A stretch of DNA of 64,000 bases from Octopus vulgaris (lineage: Eukaryota). Both the position numbers and the translations under genes were made by a program. The stretch is taken from assembly GCA_951406725.2 (NCBI GenBank), contig OX597817.1, positions 148,986,001 to 149,050,000 of the forward strand, written 5' to 3'. The notes under the pieces were generated by a model, which did no database searches, was not told the origin of the DNA, and saw nothing but the letters and a program-made list of their open reading frames with translations. This document shows positions 44,991 to 59,000 of the stretch, in pieces (the stretch's first letter is position 1; every line of letters starts with the position of its first letter).

Positions 44991-45001
44991 CGCATGTATT
45001 A

Positions 45002-45702
45002 GGCGCAGATTTAGCTGTGTATTAAGAAGCTTGCCTCCCAATACATGGTTCTCAGTTCAGTCTCACTATGTAGAACCTTGGTCACGTGTCCTCTACTATA
45101 ACTTCGGGTCTTGTGAGTGGGTTTGAATGACGAAACTGAAAGCAGCCCGTCCTATGTGTGTGTGTTTGTGTGTGCGTGTGTTGTGTCCGTGTGTCTTTGT
45201 GTCTGTGTTTGTCGCCAAAGCTGCTTGACAAGTGATAGTGGTGTGTTTACGTCCCCGTAACTTAGCAGTCTCGCAAAAGTGACCGATAGAATACGTTCTA
45301 GGCTTAGAACAATAAAGCACTCTGGGGGAGTGCCCCAGCATGGCCGCACCCCAATGCCTTAAGCAAGTACAAGACAAAGGATAAAACTTATATAGGCGCA
45401 GGAGTGGCTGTGTGATAAGAAGCTTGTTTCCCAATCACATGGTTCTGTGTTCAGTCCCACTGAGTGGCGCCTTGGGCAAGTATCTCCTACTATAAACACG
45501 GGCCGACCAAAGCGTTGTGGGTGGATTTGGTAAATGGAAGCTGAAAGAAGCCCTCAGGCGTGGCTGTGTGCTAAGACGCTTGCTTCCCACCCATATGGTC
45601 CTGGGTTAAGCACCACTGTGTAGTGCCTTGGGCATCGGGTCGGACAAAGCCTTGTGAATGGATTTGGTAGACGGAAACTTAAAGGAGCCCATCGTATGTT
45701 GT

Positions 45703-45741
<39 letters not shown>

Positions 45742-45870
45742 AATATTTTTAAAAATGGAACAAAAACGCAATAGAGGACAATAAAACAACCGGACAGATA
45801 GACGATACAAAGGCGGACAGTGCTCCAGCATGGGCGCACTCAAATGGCTGAATTCTGTAAAAGAGTAAAA
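45002..45870 (+). mobile_element. Three tandem SINE family A copies (45002-45385, 45394-45553, 45555-45870)
   Basis: Three successive heads ..GCTGTGT..TAAGA; first and third have tails. Confidence 0.8.
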
Positions 45871-46050
45871 TAGTATGTTTGTGTGTGTTTCTATGTGTGT
45901 ACGCGTGTGAGATGTATCAGACAGACAGACTAATAGATAATATTTACGTATTTATGCTTGTACGTACGTACGTATGTTTGCAAGTAAGAATTCAAAATAA
46001 ATGTCGTCAATCTATATTTTCAAGAAGTGGTATTTACTACTATTTTTATC

Positions 46051-46343
46051 ATTATTTATGCGCCCTTTTCAAACCTGCTAGGCTCATAGGCCCGGTTTCC
46101 CGGTTTTTGTGGTGTATGTGTTCCTCTCAGATGGACGGGACGCCAGTTCATCACAGGAAGAAAGAGCGAGAGAAAGCTGGGGAGAAAGAGTACAACAGGG
46201 GTCGCCGCCACCCCCTGCCGGAGCCTCGTGGGGCTATTAGTTGTTTTCGCTCAATAAACACACACAACGCCCGGTCTGGGAATCGAAACCGCGATCCTCC
46301 GACCGCGAGTCCGCTGCCCTAACCACTGAGCCATTGCGCCTCC
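46051..46343 (-). mobile_element. SINE family C, tail type 2, with target-site duplication
   Basis: Shared head; flanks ATTTACTACTATTT (46032-46045) and ATTTTCTACTATTT (46344-46357). Confidence 0.85.
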
Positions 46344-47497
46344 ATTTTCTACTATTTAGGTCTGAAAATTGACAAATATATATTTCGGTGGATGTAGATT
46401 ATCCACGCGTTAATATCATCATCTCAAACAATTAAAGTTTGATAATGAGGCGGGGAAAGAAGCAATTTATATCTATAACTGACTCGACAAAGGCAACAGT
46501 AAAACCAACAATAGCAACAACATGAATATGAATATATTTCTGGTCATGAATATGAATATAAAACTATATTTTATTATTTAAGATGAACTTTTAACACTAA
46601 AAACAATAGATAACTTTATACTGCTCCCTCAATGTTTACACACATACAGTCTCTGTCCTTCTCTTTTTCTCTATCTATCTACCTATCTATTTGTCTCTGT
46701 CTAACTCCATCTCTCGCTCTCTTAACGTATCTATCTATATCTCTTTTCTCATATATTTTCTTTCCTCGCTTGCATTTCATAGACCTTTTTGTCTAAATAT
46801 AATTAGAAATCTTTATTTAATTATCATTTATCATCAATATTGTTGAAAAGTCTGCAAAGTGGAAAATTTGCTTCTACCAATGAGAAAATATAACCAGGGC
46901 ACCGTATGTGTCTAAGATGGAAATAGAGATTTACGGAAAAATAAAAAGCCCGTATTCTGGCCATTCGCACACACTATGGGGAATATAATGGACTACGAAT
47001 GTTTAGCTACATGGTGTCTGACAAAAGGTTACATCTGTATATATAAAAGGCATGATGTGTGTGTGTGTGTGTGTGTGTGTGTACGTGAATGTAATTTATG
47101 CACGCCCACAGATTAGCAGGCATGTCGTTCCAATTTTAGGATGACATTCGTCATGACCCTAGTAGTACTTTCGTCAACTTATTTTTGCCAGAGGCACCAG
47201 CGAATAGCAGTAAAAATAAATTTTCAACCAAAACTTTTTTTAATTTTCAAGTCGGAGAAATCATCATTGTTTGCAAACAGGAGTTAAGTCCCCTTCTAGC
47301 GACGAGCAAGTTTTCGTTGAAATTTTTGTTGTTTTCCATTGAGGAAAAAAGTGTTTTGTTGATATACGGGTAAAACACACACGCACACACGCACACACAC
47401 ACACACACACGTACATGTATGCTTACAAAATCATGTATGCAATTGGTGTACGTACGTACGTACGTGTGTGTATGTGTGAGTGTGTGTGTGTTGTTGT

Positions 47498-47549
<52 letters not shown>

Positions 47550-47631
47550 AAGGATGAAAAGGGACACACGAGTTGATATACATGAAAGAACAAGTCAAGA
47601 TAGAAAATGCTAAAATAATTTTATAAAGAAC

Positions 47632-47676
47632 ATTTCAGTACCGGTTTTCGTCATTTGAGACCTTTTCAACTGTAAC
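47632..47676 (-). ncRNA. Minimal hammerhead motif (U3-A8), left arm
   Basis: Minus: CAG-TTGAAAA-gGTC(tcaaat)GAC-GAA(A)-ACCGGT-A-CTG. Confidence 0.65.
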
Positions 47677-47963
47677 GATTAAATAATTAAATTTAGAAAA
47701 ATTAAAAGGAAAGTTTTTTTAAAAGAATATTTGTATAGTGTTCAAATATAAGTGGCATTTTCCTTGTTTCTGCCTTTCTCTGTCTCTCTTGTTTACTCTT
47801 GTGGGTTCAAGGTCCATGTGAATTCAAACAAGAATTCACATGGACCTTGAACCCACAAGAGTAAACAAGAGAGACAGAGAAAGGCAGAAACAAGGAAAAT
47901 GCCACTTATATTTGAACACTATATAAATATTCTTTTAATTTTTCTAAATTTAATTATTTAATC

Positions 47964-48009
47964 GTTACAGTTGAAAAAGGTCTCAAATGGCCGAAACCGG
48001 TACTGAAAT
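47964..48009 (+). ncRNA. Minimal hammerhead motif (U3-A8), right arm
   Basis: CAG-TTGAAAA(A)-GGTC(tcaaat)GGCC-GAA-ACCGGT-A-CTG. Confidence 0.7.
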
Positions 48010-48045
48010 GTTCTTTATAAAAGCATTTTCTATCTTGACTTGTTT

Positions 48046-48134
<89 letters not shown>

Positions 48135-48140
<6 letters not shown>

Positions 48141-48260
48141 AATTTCAACGGATTTCGCCCAAATTTGACGTCGATGTTACTTAGTTTGGTTTGAAATAAA
48201 GAACTTGATTAGCTTAATAATCCTAACTTAATCCCAGGCAAAGACAGGTTATACTGCTAG
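48135..48260 (+). mobile_element. Degraded Helitron 3' end
   Basis: CCCAGGCAAAGACAGGTTATACTGCTAG|T resembles the termini at 8474 and 29878. Confidence 0.45.
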
Positions 48261-48594
48261 TTGTTAATAAAGGCCGCAAAATAAGGAGAGAGGAGCACAA
48301 TTCGAAGTAAATTAAGATGCCGTCGGATCATTCATTTACATTCAGTTAAGATAAACATCAATTGAAGTAAGAATAACACTCTATATTTTTGTCAGTTAAT
48401 GAATATCATTCTTTGATTGATTCATTTGTAGGAAAATAGAAGAATCTCTAAGACTGACTTTAAACATGATGTTCTTGAAATTCTATTTAACGGCAAGCTC
48501 CTTCGGGTACGTCTGTTTGAAATAAGATCCAAATCTTCTTCTGGCCACACCGTATTGTTTTAACAAAGGATAAATGCATTAGATCATACTTTCT

Positions 48595-49020
48595 AGTCCG
48601 TAAGGAGCATAAGGTCGAGACCAAGACACTATCTTAGGCTATCTCCGTCATTTGAGACCATGCATGCCCTTTACTTTTCGCTTCATCCTCCACGCAACCT
48701 TCCCAGATTTTCTTAGGTCGTCCAAGGCTCTTTCTTTCAGGGTGCTAGCCTAACACTTGTCTTGCAATGCTGCTCGGTCTCCTTAGAATGTGACCGATCC
48801 AACCCCATTTCCTTTTCAGAATTTCCTGATTGATGGAAGTTTGGTTCATTCTATCCCATAGACTTCTGTTTGAAATTTTGTCCAACCACCAGATCTTGAG
48901 GAAGCAGCGCAAACATTTTGTAAGGAAGGTCTGTAGCTTATTATTTGTGGCTTTGGTGACCCTCCAAATTTCTGACCCGTGAACAAGAACGTCCTTGACG
49001 TTGGAACTTGAGATGCGGAG
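48595..49020 (-). mobile_element. RTE-clade LINE 3' fragment (pseudogene)
   Basis: GSEIWRVTKATNNKLQTFLTKCLRCFLKIWWLDKISN..RKWGWIGHILR..GRPKKIW. Confidence 0.82.
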
Positions 49021-50151
49021 TTTTTATTTTTTTTGTGGTAAATAGCTTGGACAAAGAGTCTGAATAAACCAAGGTGGTCAGGACTGGAATACCATAGATC
49101 TTAGGTCTATTCAGCTAGTATTTAAACACCAAGAACAACAACTACAGCAGCAAAATTACCAGTGTATTTGACTGAATGATTTTGACACCCATTTACAAAG
49201 GTTATGCATAATTTGTAGCATTAAAAGTAAACGGATGTTATAAAATTACATTTGTTTTTTCTAAGTTACTGATTTTTCAGATATCAGTCTGTAGCCATAC
49301 TGCAGCAGTGCCTTCAGGAATTTTACTCAATGTTAACAATCTTAGAACAGTAATTTATTTTATTGGCCACTTATCATCGAATCGTAAATTAAACTTCAAC
49401 CCCTGACCCACAGGCCTGCTATTTCCTTTCCTTTCTATTAAATCGGCTCTACTTTTCGCTTCTGGCTGGTTTCGCACAACCTCAACTCAGACCTCTTCGA
49501 CTCAATCGTATTTTCTTTAACTTGTCATTTGTACTGCACCTGCCCGCCTCTCCATAAACCCGGCAACAATCAGCTTCTAATCCTCAATCTCCAAAACATC
49601 TCCCTTCTGGAAATTCTTTCCTTAACCATCGTTTTTAGCCTGTAGTGGTCACCTTGGAGTGGCTTGTGATGTACATTAAATACATCGATATCAGCTGCTT
49701 CTAAGAGCCTGCGAAGACCGTAAGTACAACACCTAAACATAGAATAATAAATTAATCGATTTTACAATTACATTTCGAATTTTGAATGAAACAATTTCGA
49801 TTAAATCTATCTGTAACTAATATTTTTTGAGAAATGGTTAAACCTCAAAAGCAAGTCTCTTTATTAAGTCTCTACAAAAAATATCCGACTGTTTTGTCGG
49901 TAGACTATTATTAAGAAAGAGTTACAAATATGGAGCCAGAAATACAAAAAGGGAGTGGCATACAAGACAAAGTGAGGAGGGGAAGAGAAGAAAAGAGGGA
50001 GAGAGGTAGGGGCGGAGGGGAAGGATGTCGAAGGAGACGAGGAACAGAACAGTAGCCAAATCTCCCTCCTGCTTTGAAAAGAAAACATGTAAAAGAATAA
50101 TGTATATGTGTGCCACATATATATGTGTGTATACATATACATATATATATA

Positions 50152-50444
50152 TCACCGTCACCGACCAGGCTATCAGATATTGCTACACATCGCTGGTCAC
50201 AATGCGCTTTGCATTGTTTTAGCGTTCAAATGACACCAACCCGCTGGCTAAGCGGGCAGGCCAACAGAAGAAAGAGTGAGAGAAAGTTGGGACGAAAGAG
50301 TACAGCAGGGATCGCCACCAGCAGGGGTCGTGGAGCTTTAGGTGTTTCCGCTCAACAAACACTCACAATGCCCGGTTTGGGAATCGAAACTGCGATCCTA
50401 CGACCGCGAGTCCGCTGCCCTAACCACCGGGCCATTGCGCCTCC
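50152..50444 (-). mobile_element. SINE family C, tail type 3
   Basis: Shared head; 50152-50265 unrelated to the other two tails. Confidence 0.85.
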
Positions 50445-50537
<93 letters not shown>

Positions 50538-50595
50538 CATACACATGTGTGTGTGTATATATATATATATACATATACATATACATACACATGTG

Positions 50596-50630
<35 letters not shown>

Positions 50631-50639
<9 letters not shown>

Positions 50640-50935
50640 TAAGGGTAGAAATTGATATTTATCAATTAAGACCAGTGGTCTAGCATATTAAAAGAATCCG
50701 AAGATTAAAATATTTATATATACCAATTAAGGACTGAACACGAAAAGTGGACAGTCAACATGCTAGATATAGACGTCAAATCGTCATTCTCCACAAAAGA
50801 TTATGTTCTCAGATCAAACTCAACACAAAATGGTTTTGTGTTGAGTTTGATCTGAGAACATAATCTTTTGTGGAGAATGACGATTTGACGTCTATATCTA
50901 GCATGTTGACTGTCCACTTTTCGTGTTCAGTCCTA

Positions 50936-50939
<4 letters not shown>
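50631..50939. mobile_element. Fold-back element in (TA)n with perfect 101-bp arms, 3-nt loop and one-sided extension
   Basis: 50730-50830 is the exact reverse complement of 50834-50934. Confidence 0.9.
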
Positions 50940-50980
<41 letters not shown>

Positions 50981-52215
50981 AGTATACAAGAAAATGACCA
51001 AACGGTCGTGGCTGAGATACTTTGATCATAGGTCTCCTATATCCAGTAAAAGCTGATCTTGGGCTAAACAACAACATCAATAACAACAACAAATTGCTAT
51101 TTTTGCTGTTGTTACTCTAAACGTTATTCGTTGGCTTTGCCACATATTATTCATACAGCAAATAAGTCATTTCTATATAGATTTATTTATTCTCTGTAAA
51201 ACACGATACGGGAATAGGAAATACCAAAGTACAACGAATCCAGAGAGACCGAGAGAGAGAGAGAGAAAGGGAGTTGGGGTGGGGAGAAAATTAGGAGAAA
51301 GAGAGAGAGAAAGATGGAATAGTGTAGAAGGAGAAAGAGAGGGAATTGTTCATTACACAAGGGACACACTACATTGCAATAGTAGGTGTGAATCGATCAC
51401 TGTAGGACTGGCCACTTTCGCAATGTGTTTTATGGTCAATTTCACAGAAACAAATACAACAAACTGCAGCTGGAATCGTTATTAGAAGCTGAGGTTAAGT
51501 GGATAGTACTTGTGTATGAACTAACCTTTTTTTTTCTTTTCTTTCTGTTTATCTTTTTCTCTGTTGCTTTCAACCAAATCATTTGTGTAGTGTTACGATA
51601 TCTAGGATGATAAATGTCAGGTGGAAGTTGCTGACATTTTTTTCTTTTACTATCTCTTCTTCCTTCCTCCACATCTCCCTCGTTGTGTCTATATTTGAAA
51701 TCATTATATCATTATATCATTGCGCTCTCTCTCTATCTTTCTCTCTCTCTGTCTCATCCTCTTCCTCCCTCTCCATCGTAGTATTGTGTCTCTTTATTCG
51801 TATCCTTCCGTATCTTTCTCTTTCCTATCTATTTATCTATCTATTTATTTGTCTATCTATCTATCTTTTTATCTATCTATCCACCTGTCTGTTACTCTCA
51901 CTCTATATCTATCTACCTATCCATCCAGCCATCATCTATCTATCAATTTGTTTGTCTACTTATTTCTCTACCTGACTTTCTCTATGTCTATTTTCTATCT
52001 GTCTATTTATCTAAATAATTTTCTCTCTTTCTACCTATCTGTATGCCTATCTGCTTATCTACTTATCTATCAATCTTGCAATCTATCACTCAATCTATCT
52101 ACTTATCTATCTATCTAACTAGCTAGCTATCAATTTTATTATCTATCTGCTTATCGGCGTGTGTCTTTTTCTAACTCTCTATAGGCCTGTCAACCGTTCT
52201 ATTTGTACCCTGTCC

Positions 52216-52284
<69 letters not shown>

Positions 52285-52456
52285 CAGACATACCTATCTA
52301 CATACATACCTAACTGTTTATCTCTGTACGTACATTTCAACTACTGTTGTGTTATCTATGCCTGGCTTATCTTGGAGACATTGATTGACAACAGAGTGGA
52401 GCGGTGGTCGTGGCGGTTGACGCTTGTGGTGTTGTTATAAATGATGATGTTGATGG

Positions 52457-52517
<61 letters not shown>

Positions 52518-52646
52518 GGTGGTAGTGGTGGAAATATTTGTAACTGTTTCTCATATGCCGCACTAAAATTGTTACGCAAAGACAATTACACGGCAGCTTA
52601 TCAAATAAATTAAGACATTTATATAAAGTTCTCTGAACAACCTAAT

Positions 52647-52720
<74 letters not shown>
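52647..52720. repeat. (TAG)n microsatellite; another at 63451-63523
   Basis: Direct reading. Confidence 0.95.
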
Positions 52721-52721
<1 letters not shown>

Positions 52722-53184
52722 ACAGCAGCAACAGCAGGTATTTGTTGTCGCCCATTTTAACAAAATAGTGCAAAAATCTCAATATGCATTTTATAGTCAA
52801 GCTTCATTAGATAAATGAAAAGACAAGACGCTCCAAAACTCTATTTATAAATAGTATACTTACTGCTGTTAAAGTATTTTATGGACATCTTAAATTATGT
52901 TGTTGCTGTTGTTGTTTAACTCATTTGCGACCAAATGTTTCCAGCTGTGACTATTCCATCTTTTCAAGTTCTCCTAAAATTATATCTCACGTGTCTTTCT
53001 TTAAAGAAAACGGAGAGGATAACATTTGAAGGAGAATTTAGCTGCTGTTTCAAGCAGGTTAAGCAAAGACGTAGCGAAAGAATGGGATTCGGGATAAAAT
53101 GAGAAAAGAAATGCAAATAGTTCGATGGTTTAGTGAAGTAACCAGAGATAATCCTGTATCAATATAAGCTATAACAATGTTTCG

Positions 53185-53370
53185 AGGTGGCAGAATCGTT
53201 ACCGAGCTGGCCTAAATCACTGGCGACATTTCGTTTGTAATTATGTTCTGAGTTCAAACTCCGCCGCAGTCGACTTTGCCTTTCATCTTTTCAAGGTTGT
53301 TAAAATAAGTACCAGTTGAGCATTGGGGTCGATTTAATACAGAAATTGCTGGCCAAAATTTGAAACCAAT
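53185..53370 (+). mobile_element. SINE family B, diverged; further degraded copies at 7713-7800, 54126-54335 and 59009-59170
   Basis: GGCAGAATCGTTA..GAGTTCAAACTCCGCCG..GACTTTGCCTTTCATC. Confidence 0.75.
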
Positions 53371-54428
53371 ATAAACTATATCATCAAAATAAAGAGATTT
53401 TTTTTTGTATTTTTAAATAAATGTGAAATATACAAAAAAGTGATACTATAGAACCGAAAAAAGAGAAACGATATGTATGAAAAAAATAAAGTAAATGTAA
53501 AATGATACGAAACGAAAAGATCTAAGAGAATCTTGAATATAATTCAATAGTAACATGAAATATGAAATATTTCAAGTATTTTTCACTAAGAAACTCCAAA
53601 ATAAAACACACGATCCACAATATGTGACAGCATAATCAATCAAAGATGGACGAAATGTAGATAGTGTAGTCACAGGAGAAAAATGTCGCCCTTTATAATG
53701 TGTAAAAATATCTCAGAATGAATTAAGTTTCACATAAACCTATTCGTACATATTATACCATCACAACCATTCTGATAACTGATTGATCTACCTACCAGAG
53801 ATACAAATTTGATTGAGTATTATTTCGCAGTGGAATTTAAATATTTTTTTTCTCCAAGTTATATTTGTTCTCGTGGATATATTTCCAAATATTCTTTTCT
53901 TCTTTTAAACATGTTGTATGTTCAGAAGGATACTTGTTTTTTTGTTCTCGTTTATGGTTTATTTTTTTTGTGTGTTTTAGCGTTTAATGTGCCTGCGTGT
54001 GTGTGTGTGTGTGTGTTCAAATGTGTAGATTTTCGTCTCTGCTTTCTCACGTTTTTCAATAACAAAACAATTTTCCTTAAAACAGATACGAGTAACACTC
54101 TTGTCGGTAAATTATGGATCACTCCAGGGCGACTAGATGACAGAATACATAGCGCGTCGGACAAAATGCTTAGCTGCATTACTTCGAGCTCTGTACGTAC
54201 TCAGTTCAAATCCATGGAGACCAGCTTTGCCTTTCAGGGTCGTTCAAACAAAATACGAGTCATGTATAATGTCGATGTAATCGACTAAACTCCTCTCATT
54301 AAATATTGCTGGACTTGTGACAAAATTGGAAACCAGTATCGCGTGTTTTAAGCATCATCCTCATTAACATAATTATATCTTAGGCACACCCATATCTCCT
54401 CCTTTTAGTTTTCATTTACCTATGCGTA

Positions 54429-54506
<78 letters not shown>

Positions 54507-54509
54507 CAT

Positions 54510-54578
<69 letters not shown>

Positions 54579-54781
54579 TGTATATGTATGTGTGTATGCG
54601 TATGCCTGTGTTTGTGCTTTTGTGTGCGTATGTGTGTGCGCGTGCATGTGTGTATGTGCTTGTTCGTGTATATATTTCTGTGTGTGCGTGTGTGTGCGCG
54701 TTTGTGTATGTGCTTGTGTGTGTGAGTGCGTGTATGTGTGTGTATATATACATATATATATGTATGTGTGTATATATATAT

Positions 54782-54819
<38 letters not shown>

Positions 54820-54920
54820 TGTGTATATACATATGTATATATATGTATGCATGCGTGTGTGCGTATACCAGTAATCTAATAAGCTAGCCTTCTGTATATG
54901 CATGAATTTTTGAATATATA

Positions 54921-55151
54921 TGTTTCTTTACTACCCACAAGGGGCTAAACATAGAGGGGACAAACAAGGACAGACAAACGAATTTAAGTCGATTATATCG
55001 ACCCCAGTGCGTAACTGGTATTTAATTTATCGACCCCGAAAGGATGAAAGGCAGAGTCGACCTCGGCGGAATTTGAACTCGGAACGTAACGGTAGACGAA
55101 ATACGGCTTCGCATTCCGCCCGGCGTGCTAACGGTTCTGCCAGCTCGCCGC
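54921..55151 (-). mobile_element. SINE family B, full length
   Basis: Reverse-complement homologue of 17218-17448. Confidence 0.88.
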
Positions 55152-55656
55152 TTTGTGAATATATACAACGTATTAATGACGAAATGTGTGCATTATTCTT
55201 TGCAAACTGAATCCTTCATAAAAGAACGCTGTGAAACAACTGTAATCCTATATAAATTAAGCGTTTAGATAAAGGTATAAACTACCTCACATGTCTACTG
55301 CTTTTACGCTCTTATATACTCCTAAATGAATAGGTTTATAGCTCGGGTTTTCAGCTTCATGCATACTTTAAACTGTTTACAGTGACAGCTGCACGATTTT
55401 CCGAATCTAGACTTTATATTTTTCATACATACATAATATGTATACTTACATCTTTATTTGTGTATGCATATATTTGTGTGTGTGTGTGTGTGAGTGTATA
55501 TATGTGTTCGTGTGTGTGTATATATATAGGTGTATGTACGTGTATGTATAGTATATAGATATGTATTAATATGTACCTACTTATACACGCTCTCACGTAT
55601 ATACATATATATGTACATATACTTATATAGATGTGCGTGTTAATATATATATATAC

Positions 55657-55715
<59 letters not shown>

Positions 55716-57017
55716 TATATATATATATGTATGTATAGGTGTTCGTGTGCGGGTATATTTATAGGTGGATGGATGTATATATACATATATACGTATATGT
55801 GTGTGTATGTGTGCGTGTGTGTGTATAGAGAGAGAGAGATACGTACATAAATAAATACATAACTATATATATATATATATATAGATAGATAGATATATGT
55901 ATACACACATACGTATGTATGTATGTATGTATGTATGTATGTATGTATGTATGTATGTATTTATGTATATATGTATGTATTTATGTATATGTATGTATGT
56001 ATATGTATGTATCCCTCCTGCATGTGGCATAGTTTCTTTTGTAGGGCTGTGTAATGTATAAAAGAATTGCATAACACTGCATTTATTTTTGAAATTACAG
56101 CAGCTGAACTGACAAACCATAATTTATTATAATACATATCTTATGAAATAGACAAAATAATTGTTACCACGAAGCTGTGTATGTTTACATCAGACTTGGA
56201 AAATTACATAAAACACATACACACCAAAACATAAACAAGATGTTTGTGGCATTTATTAAAATGAAAAATTCAACTGTCCTCTCTGCAATTGTATAATGAA
56301 ATGTAATGTGATAATATTGACAGGTAGAAAATTTTAAAACAAGAAGCCTACAATATATGCTAAAAGTTAGAAATGTTTTCCCAGATAATTCTGACTGAAT
56401 ATTTCTCAAAGATGTTCCGCGCTCGTCCATTCCGTTTCCTTCCTTTTTTCGTTTATCGCATATTCACATGTACGGAATATCATGTTTCTCCTTCGTTAGT
56501 TTTAAAAGAAAGCATGGTGTTGTGATTTGAAAAATACTCACTCAGAAGTGATTTCTAGCAGGTCAAGATTTTTATTTTCCAGTGATATACTAAATGACTT
56601 GGAAACAACTCTTCATACAACAAATCCCGCAAATAGATATGAAGATGAAGAGCATACACTGGTCGTTATACTTCTGTTTACGTTCTTGTTTCAGCCGAAA
56701 CCACCGGCCGTAGTAGGTCATCATTATTTGATAATGCATAAAAACACATGTATCGAGTTCTTTTTCTGTTGTTCCGTCAACTAAGCTTTATATTGATATT
56801 TGTGTATATTTATGTATACTAGCTGGTGTACTCGGTAATTCCCGGGGGTGAAGATGTTCTATCGAAACGCCATATTACTTTGATATAAGAAAGCAATTTC
56901 GCCATAACGCGAAAAGGTACAAAAAACGGTCAGCTGGAGGAGGAAGAGATTGTGTGTGTGTGTGTACGTGTGCGCGTCTATGTGTGTATGTGTTATGTTT
57001 ACCTGTATATATATATA

Positions 57018-57429
57018 CACTCTTTTACTCTTTTATTTGTTTCAGTCATTTGACTGCGGTCTTGCCGGAGCACCGCCTTTAGTCGAACAAATCAACCCCT
57101 GGACTTCTTCTTTGTGAGCCTAGTACTTATTCTATCTGTTTCTTTTGCTGAACCGCTAAGTTACGGGGACGCAAACACACCACCATCGGTTGTCAAGCGA
57201 TGTTGGGGGAACAAACACAGACACACAAACATATGCACACACATACATATATACATTTACATATGTACGGCAGACTTCTTTCAGTTTCCGTCTACCAAAT
57301 CCACTCACATGGCTTTAGTCGGCCCGGGGCTATAGTAGAAGGCACCTGCCCAAGATGCCACGCAGTGGAAATGAATCCGGAACCATGAGATTGATAAGCA
57401 AGCTACTTACCACACAGCCACTCCTGCGT
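57018..57429 (-). mobile_element. SINE family A, full length
   Basis: Aligns to 7802-8237. Confidence 0.88.
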
Positions 57430-57566
57430 CTGTGTATGTTCTTTTTACCTATCTTATATTTTTATTTTCACATAAATCTTTAGTGTAGAAATTGTATATG
57501 TTTACAGTAAGTTAGTTGTACGAAAAAGTTAAATGCAGCTGGTTGTGCATGATTCCTGCTTTACAG

Positions 57567-57712
57567 GTTTTACAGGAAAAGAAAAATCATATTTTACTCA
57601 CCAGTTTTTCAACTTTTCAAAATTTGTTAATATGTTCATCAATGATATTTTCACCTGGGATGGGATCAATTTTAATGGAATTATCAGTTGCGTCATTTTC
57701 AAGACAAGGGAA
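57567..57712 (+). CDS. Candidate isolated host exon (146 nt), product unknown
   Basis: ttcctgctttacag| acceptor and GAA|gtaagt donor; two frames open throughout; no family recognised. Confidence 0.3.
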
Positions 57713-58917
57713 GTAAGTAGTGGATGGTATGTTCCTGTTCTTAATGTTTTTAATAAGAGTATATTTTGTTAATTAATTTTGAGAGCAAAATTTTTACTTG
57801 TACAGAATAAAGATGCTTTGCCTTGTTTTCGAATACACTGTGCGAAAATGGTATTAAAAGACTAAAGTAACTTATATTAACTCAAAATGAACATGTCAAA
57901 GAGTCTAGACTTTTAGGTAGCGAAACAATTATGTGTTGTAAATATTTATAACAGTGTATATTTTGGAATTTAATATTTAATATCAAAATGTATAAACCAA
58001 GGTAATGAGTTAATTTTAAGATGTAAAACATTAAATTAATTAACATGTGCTATGAATGTAAAAATATGAAAAAATACAAAAGATTTTGCATTAGATTTAA
58101 AGAGAAGATCAAAGACAAGGTCAGCGCACTGAACAACTTGGTACAAAATGAAAAAGTACAAGAGCTATAGTCAAATCTTGGAAAACTAAATAATTTCATG
58201 AATAATTAAGAGATTAAATTATGAGATAACGAACTTAATTTTTACAAAAAAATGATTGAAAATGTTAAAAAAGTTTAATTGAAAAATTAAATTAATAAAA
58301 GTTAAAGTTTTAATATTTATTTAAATTCTTAAAATTTTATGTAAATACTTTCATTAGACATGTATCAACGTACAAGAAAAAATATTGAAAAGTAAATTAC
58401 AATAAAATAATATAATGATATTGGGGAATAAATGATGAATGTTACAGATAATTAATAAGGGAAGTGACTATAGAATGAGGATGAGGAATGGGAGTGACAC
58501 GGGGGTAAAATATACGAAGCCCAGTACACACCTCAGGACCACCCGTCTGATGAGGCACATGCATCACAACAATATGTGCGTGACATGGTGATCTCATATC
58601 AAGATAACAGCGCATGGCCTTCTAGCGGGAGGCAAGTTACAATTGTCTTCAGGTTGAGTGACCCAACCCGCTCAAAACGTTCCCGAATAATGGTTGTTTA
58701 AGTATGTTGAACGAAACAGCCATGTTTTCAAAGATGAAAATATCCAGGGGATGTGCTCAAGTGGTTATGGTCAAACAACTAGCATGCAAATCTGAGATAT
58801 TGAGTATAATATTTGCCGTAGCGAGTCTTTTATACCAAAACGAAACAATGTATGTAGAATATTTCCTGTAGCACAATTATTATTATTATTATTCTTCTTC
58901 TTCTTCTTCTTCTTCTT

Positions 58918-59000
<83 letters not shown>

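Larger units (their letters stand above)
47546..48051. mobile_element. Large fold-back element in (TA)n with 220-245-bp arms, 6-nt loop, one hammerhead motif per arm
   Basis: 47582-47825 vs 47832-48051; inner ~90 bp exact. Confidence 0.9.

Noticed and set aside
49688-49715. CTTCTAAGAGCCTGCGAAGACCGTAAG as a decayed minimal hammerhead
   Set aside because: Needs several changes in both cores; cannot be distinguished from chance.
58547-58553. CTGATGA as a hammerhead core; likewise 2430, 22758 and 63942
   Set aside because: No stem II-GAAA-stem III-UH arrangement follows.
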